Assembly: GCA_002269645.1 (NCBI GenBank)
Contig: NIVC01002100.1
Span: 124,001-188,000 of the forward strand
DNA length: 64,000 bases
Direction of reading: 5' to 3'
Source of the DNA: Macrostomum lignano
Taxonomy: Eukaryota
How positions within the stretch are numbered: position 1 is the first letter of the stretch; each line of letters begins with the position of its first letter. The notes beneath the pieces were generated by a model. That model saw only the letters and a program-made list of their open reading frames with translations. It was not told where the DNA came from and did no database searches. Positions 60,701-64,000 of this stretch are shown one piece after another. A program made the translations under genes and the position numbers.

Positions 60701-63700
60701 ATGATTTTTACATGACGCTTCTATGATTTTTACATGACGCTTCTATGATTTTTACATGACGCTTCTATGATTGTTTACATGACGCTTCTATGATTTTTAC
60801 ATGACGCTTCTATGATTGTTTACATGACGCTTCTATGATTGTTTACATGACGCTTCTATGATTTTTACATGACGCTTCTATGATTTTTACATGACGCTTC
60901 TATGATTGTTTACATGACGCTTCTATGATTTTTACATGACGCTTCTATGATTGTTTACATGACGCTTCTATGATTTTTACATGACGCTTCTATGATTTTT
61001 ACATGACGCTTCTATGATTTTTACATGACGCTTCTATGATTTTTACATGACGCTTCTATGATTTTTACATGACGCTTCTATGATTGTTTACATGACGCTT
61101 CTATGATTTTTACATGACGCTTCTATGATTGTTTACATGACGCTTCTATGATTTTTACATGACGCTTCTATGATTTTTACATGACGCTTCTATGATTTTT
61201 ACATGACGCTTCTATGATTTTTACATGACGCTTCTATGATTGTTTACATGACGCTTCTATGATTTTTACATGACGCTTCTATGATTTTTACATGACGCTT
61301 CTATGATTTTTACATGACGCTTCTATGATTTTTACATGACGCTTCTATGATTTTTACATGACGCTTCTATGATTTTTACATGACGCTTCTATGATTGTTT
61401 ACATGACGCTTCTATGATTTTTACATGACGCTTCTATGATTTTTACATGACGCTTCTATGATTTTTACATGACGCTTCTATGATTTTTACATGACGCTTC
61501 TATGATTTTTACATGACGCTTCTATGATTTTTACATGACGCTTCTATGATTTTTACATGACGCTTCTATGATTTTTACATGACGCTTCTATGATTTTTAC
61601 ATGACGCTTCTATGATTTTTACATGACGCTTCTATGATTTTTACATGACGCTTCTATGATTTTTACATGACGCTTCTATGATTTTTACATGACGCTTCTA
61701 TGATTGTTTACATGACGCTTCTATGATTTTTACATGACGCTTCTATGATTTTTACATGACGCTTCTATGATTTTTACATGACGCTTCTATGATTTTTACA
61801 TGACGCTTCTATGATTTTTACATGACGCTTCTATGATTTTTACATGACGCTTCTATGATTTTTACATGACGCTTCTATGATTTTTACATGACGCTTCTAT
61901 GATTTTTACATGACGCTTCTATGATTTTTACATGACGCTTCTATGATTGTTTACATGACGCTTCTATGATTGTTTACATGACGCTTCTATGATTTTTACA
62001 TGACGCTTCTATGATTTTTACATGACGCTTCTATGATTTTTACATGACGCTTCTATGATTTTTACATGACGCTTCTATGATTTTTACATGACGCTTCTAT
62101 GATTTTTACATGACGCTTCTATGATTTTTACATGACGCTTCTATGATTTTTACATGACGCTTCTATGATTGTTTACATGACGCTTCTATGATTTTTACAT
62201 GACGCTTCTATGATTTTTACATGACGCTTCTATGATTTTTACATGACGCTTCTATGATTTTTACATGACGCTTCTATGATTTTTACATGACGCTTCTATG
62301 ATTTTTACATGACGCTTCTATGATTTTTACATGACGCTTCTATGATTGTTTACATGACGCTTCTATGATTTTTACATGACGCTTCTATGATTTTTACATG
62401 ACGCTTCTATGATTGTTTACATGACGCTTCTATGATTTTTACATGACGCTTCTATGATTTTTACATGACGCTTCTATGATTTTTACATGACGCTTCTATG
62501 ATTTTTACATGACGCTTCTATGATTTTTACATGACGCTTCTATGATTTTTACATGACGCTTCTATGATTTTTACATGACGCTTCTATGATTGTTTACATG
62601 ACGCTTCTATGATTTTTACATGACGCTTCTATGATTGTTTACATGACGCTTCTATGATTGTTTACATGACGCTTCTATGATTTTTACATGACGCTTCTAT
62701 GATTGTTTACATGACGCTTCTATGATTTTTACATGACGCTTCTATGATTTTTACATGACGCTTCTATGATTGTTTACATGACGCTTCTATGATTTTTACA
62801 TGACGCTTCTATGATTGTTTACATGACGCTTCTATGATTTTTACATGACGCTTCTATGATTGTTTACATGACGCTTCTATGATTTTTACATGACGCTTCT
62901 ATGATTGTTTACATGACGCTTCTATGATTGTTTACATGACGCTTCTATGATTGTTTACATGACGCTTCTATGATTGTTTACATGACGCTTCTATGATTTT
63001 TTACATGACGCTTCTATGATTTTTACATGACGCTTCTATGATTTTTACATGACGCTTCTATGATTGTTTACATGACGCTTCTATGATTTTTACATGACGC
63101 TTCTATGATTGTTTACATGACGCTTCTATGATTTTTACATGACGCTTCTATGATTTTTACATGACGCTTCTATGATTTTTACATGACGCTTCTATGATTG
63201 TTTACATGACGCTTCTATGATTGTTTACATGACGCTTCTATGATTGTTTACATGACGCTTCTATGATTTTTACATGACGCTTCTATGATTTTTTACATGA
63301 CGCTTCTATGATTTTTACATGACGCTTCTATGATTTTTACATGACGCTTCTATGATTGTTTACATGACGCTTCTATGATTTTTACATGACGCTTCTATGA
63401 TTGTTTACATGACGCTTCTATGATTTTTACATGACGCTTCTATGATTTTTACATGACGCTTCTATGATTGTTTACATGACGCTTCTATGATTTTTACATG
63501 ACGCTTCTATGATTTTTACATGACGCTTCTATGATTTTTACATGACGCTTCTATGATTGTTTACATGACGCTTCTATGATTTTTACATGACGCTTCTATG
63601 ATTGTTTACATGACGCTTCTATGATTTTTACATGACGCTTCTATGATTGTTTACATGACGCTTCTATGATTTTTACATGACGCTTCTATGATTGTTTACA

Positions 63701-64000
63701 TGACGCTTCTATGATTTTTACATGACGCTTCTATGATTGTTTACATGACGCTTCTATGATTTTTACATGACGCTTCTATGATTGTTTACATGACGCTTCT
63801 ATGATTTTTACATGACGCTTCTATGATTGTTTACATGACGCTTCTATGATTTTTACATGACGCTTCTATGATTGTTTACATGACGCTTCTATGATTTTTA
63901 CATGACGCTTCTATGATTTTTACATGACGCTTCTATGATTTTTACATGACGCTTCTATGATTTTTACATGACGCTTCTATGATTTTTACATGACGCTTCT
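51740..64000. repeat. Large 22/23-bp satellite array (roughly 540 monomers, continues beyond the window)
   Basis: Monomer ACATGACGCTTCTATGA followed by TTGTTT, TTTTTT or TTTTT. The ORF track shows no ORF here. Confidence 0.99.

Overview
This is eukaryotic (metazoan) genomic DNA with GT-AG introns and TTAGGG-type repeats. The mix of GC-rich exons and minisatellite-filled introns suggests an invertebrate such as a free-living flatworm, but that is only an inference. Positions 1-41.4 kb hold three paralogous full-size ABCA lipid-exporter genes (ABCA1/4/7-type architecture) with the same exon-intron structure: gene A (minus, 9636 to beyond base 1), gene B (plus, 11319 to about 24368) and gene C (minus, 41391-27926). 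I traced splice phases by hand and all three reading frames are intact. The most striking feature is a patchwork of near-identical tracts, introns included, shared between different pairs of these otherwise strongly diverged inverted paralogues. One tract forms a 1566-bp inverted repeat between B and C. This pattern fits mosaic gene conversion that homogenises the ATPase and ECD2 modules while ECD1 diverges. Gene B also appears to carry an extra multi-exon C-terminal tail ending in a WVDF-acidic motif. Positions 41.4-51.7 kb contain transposon debris (an internally deleted THAP/P-element interrupted by a MITE, a related MITE, an unknown frameshifted ORF) and minisatellites. Positions 51.7-64 kb are a 22/23-bp satellite with visible precursor sequence, a 1.2-kb higher-order repeat and a homogenisation gradient. 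I found no rRNA, tRNA or CRISPR.
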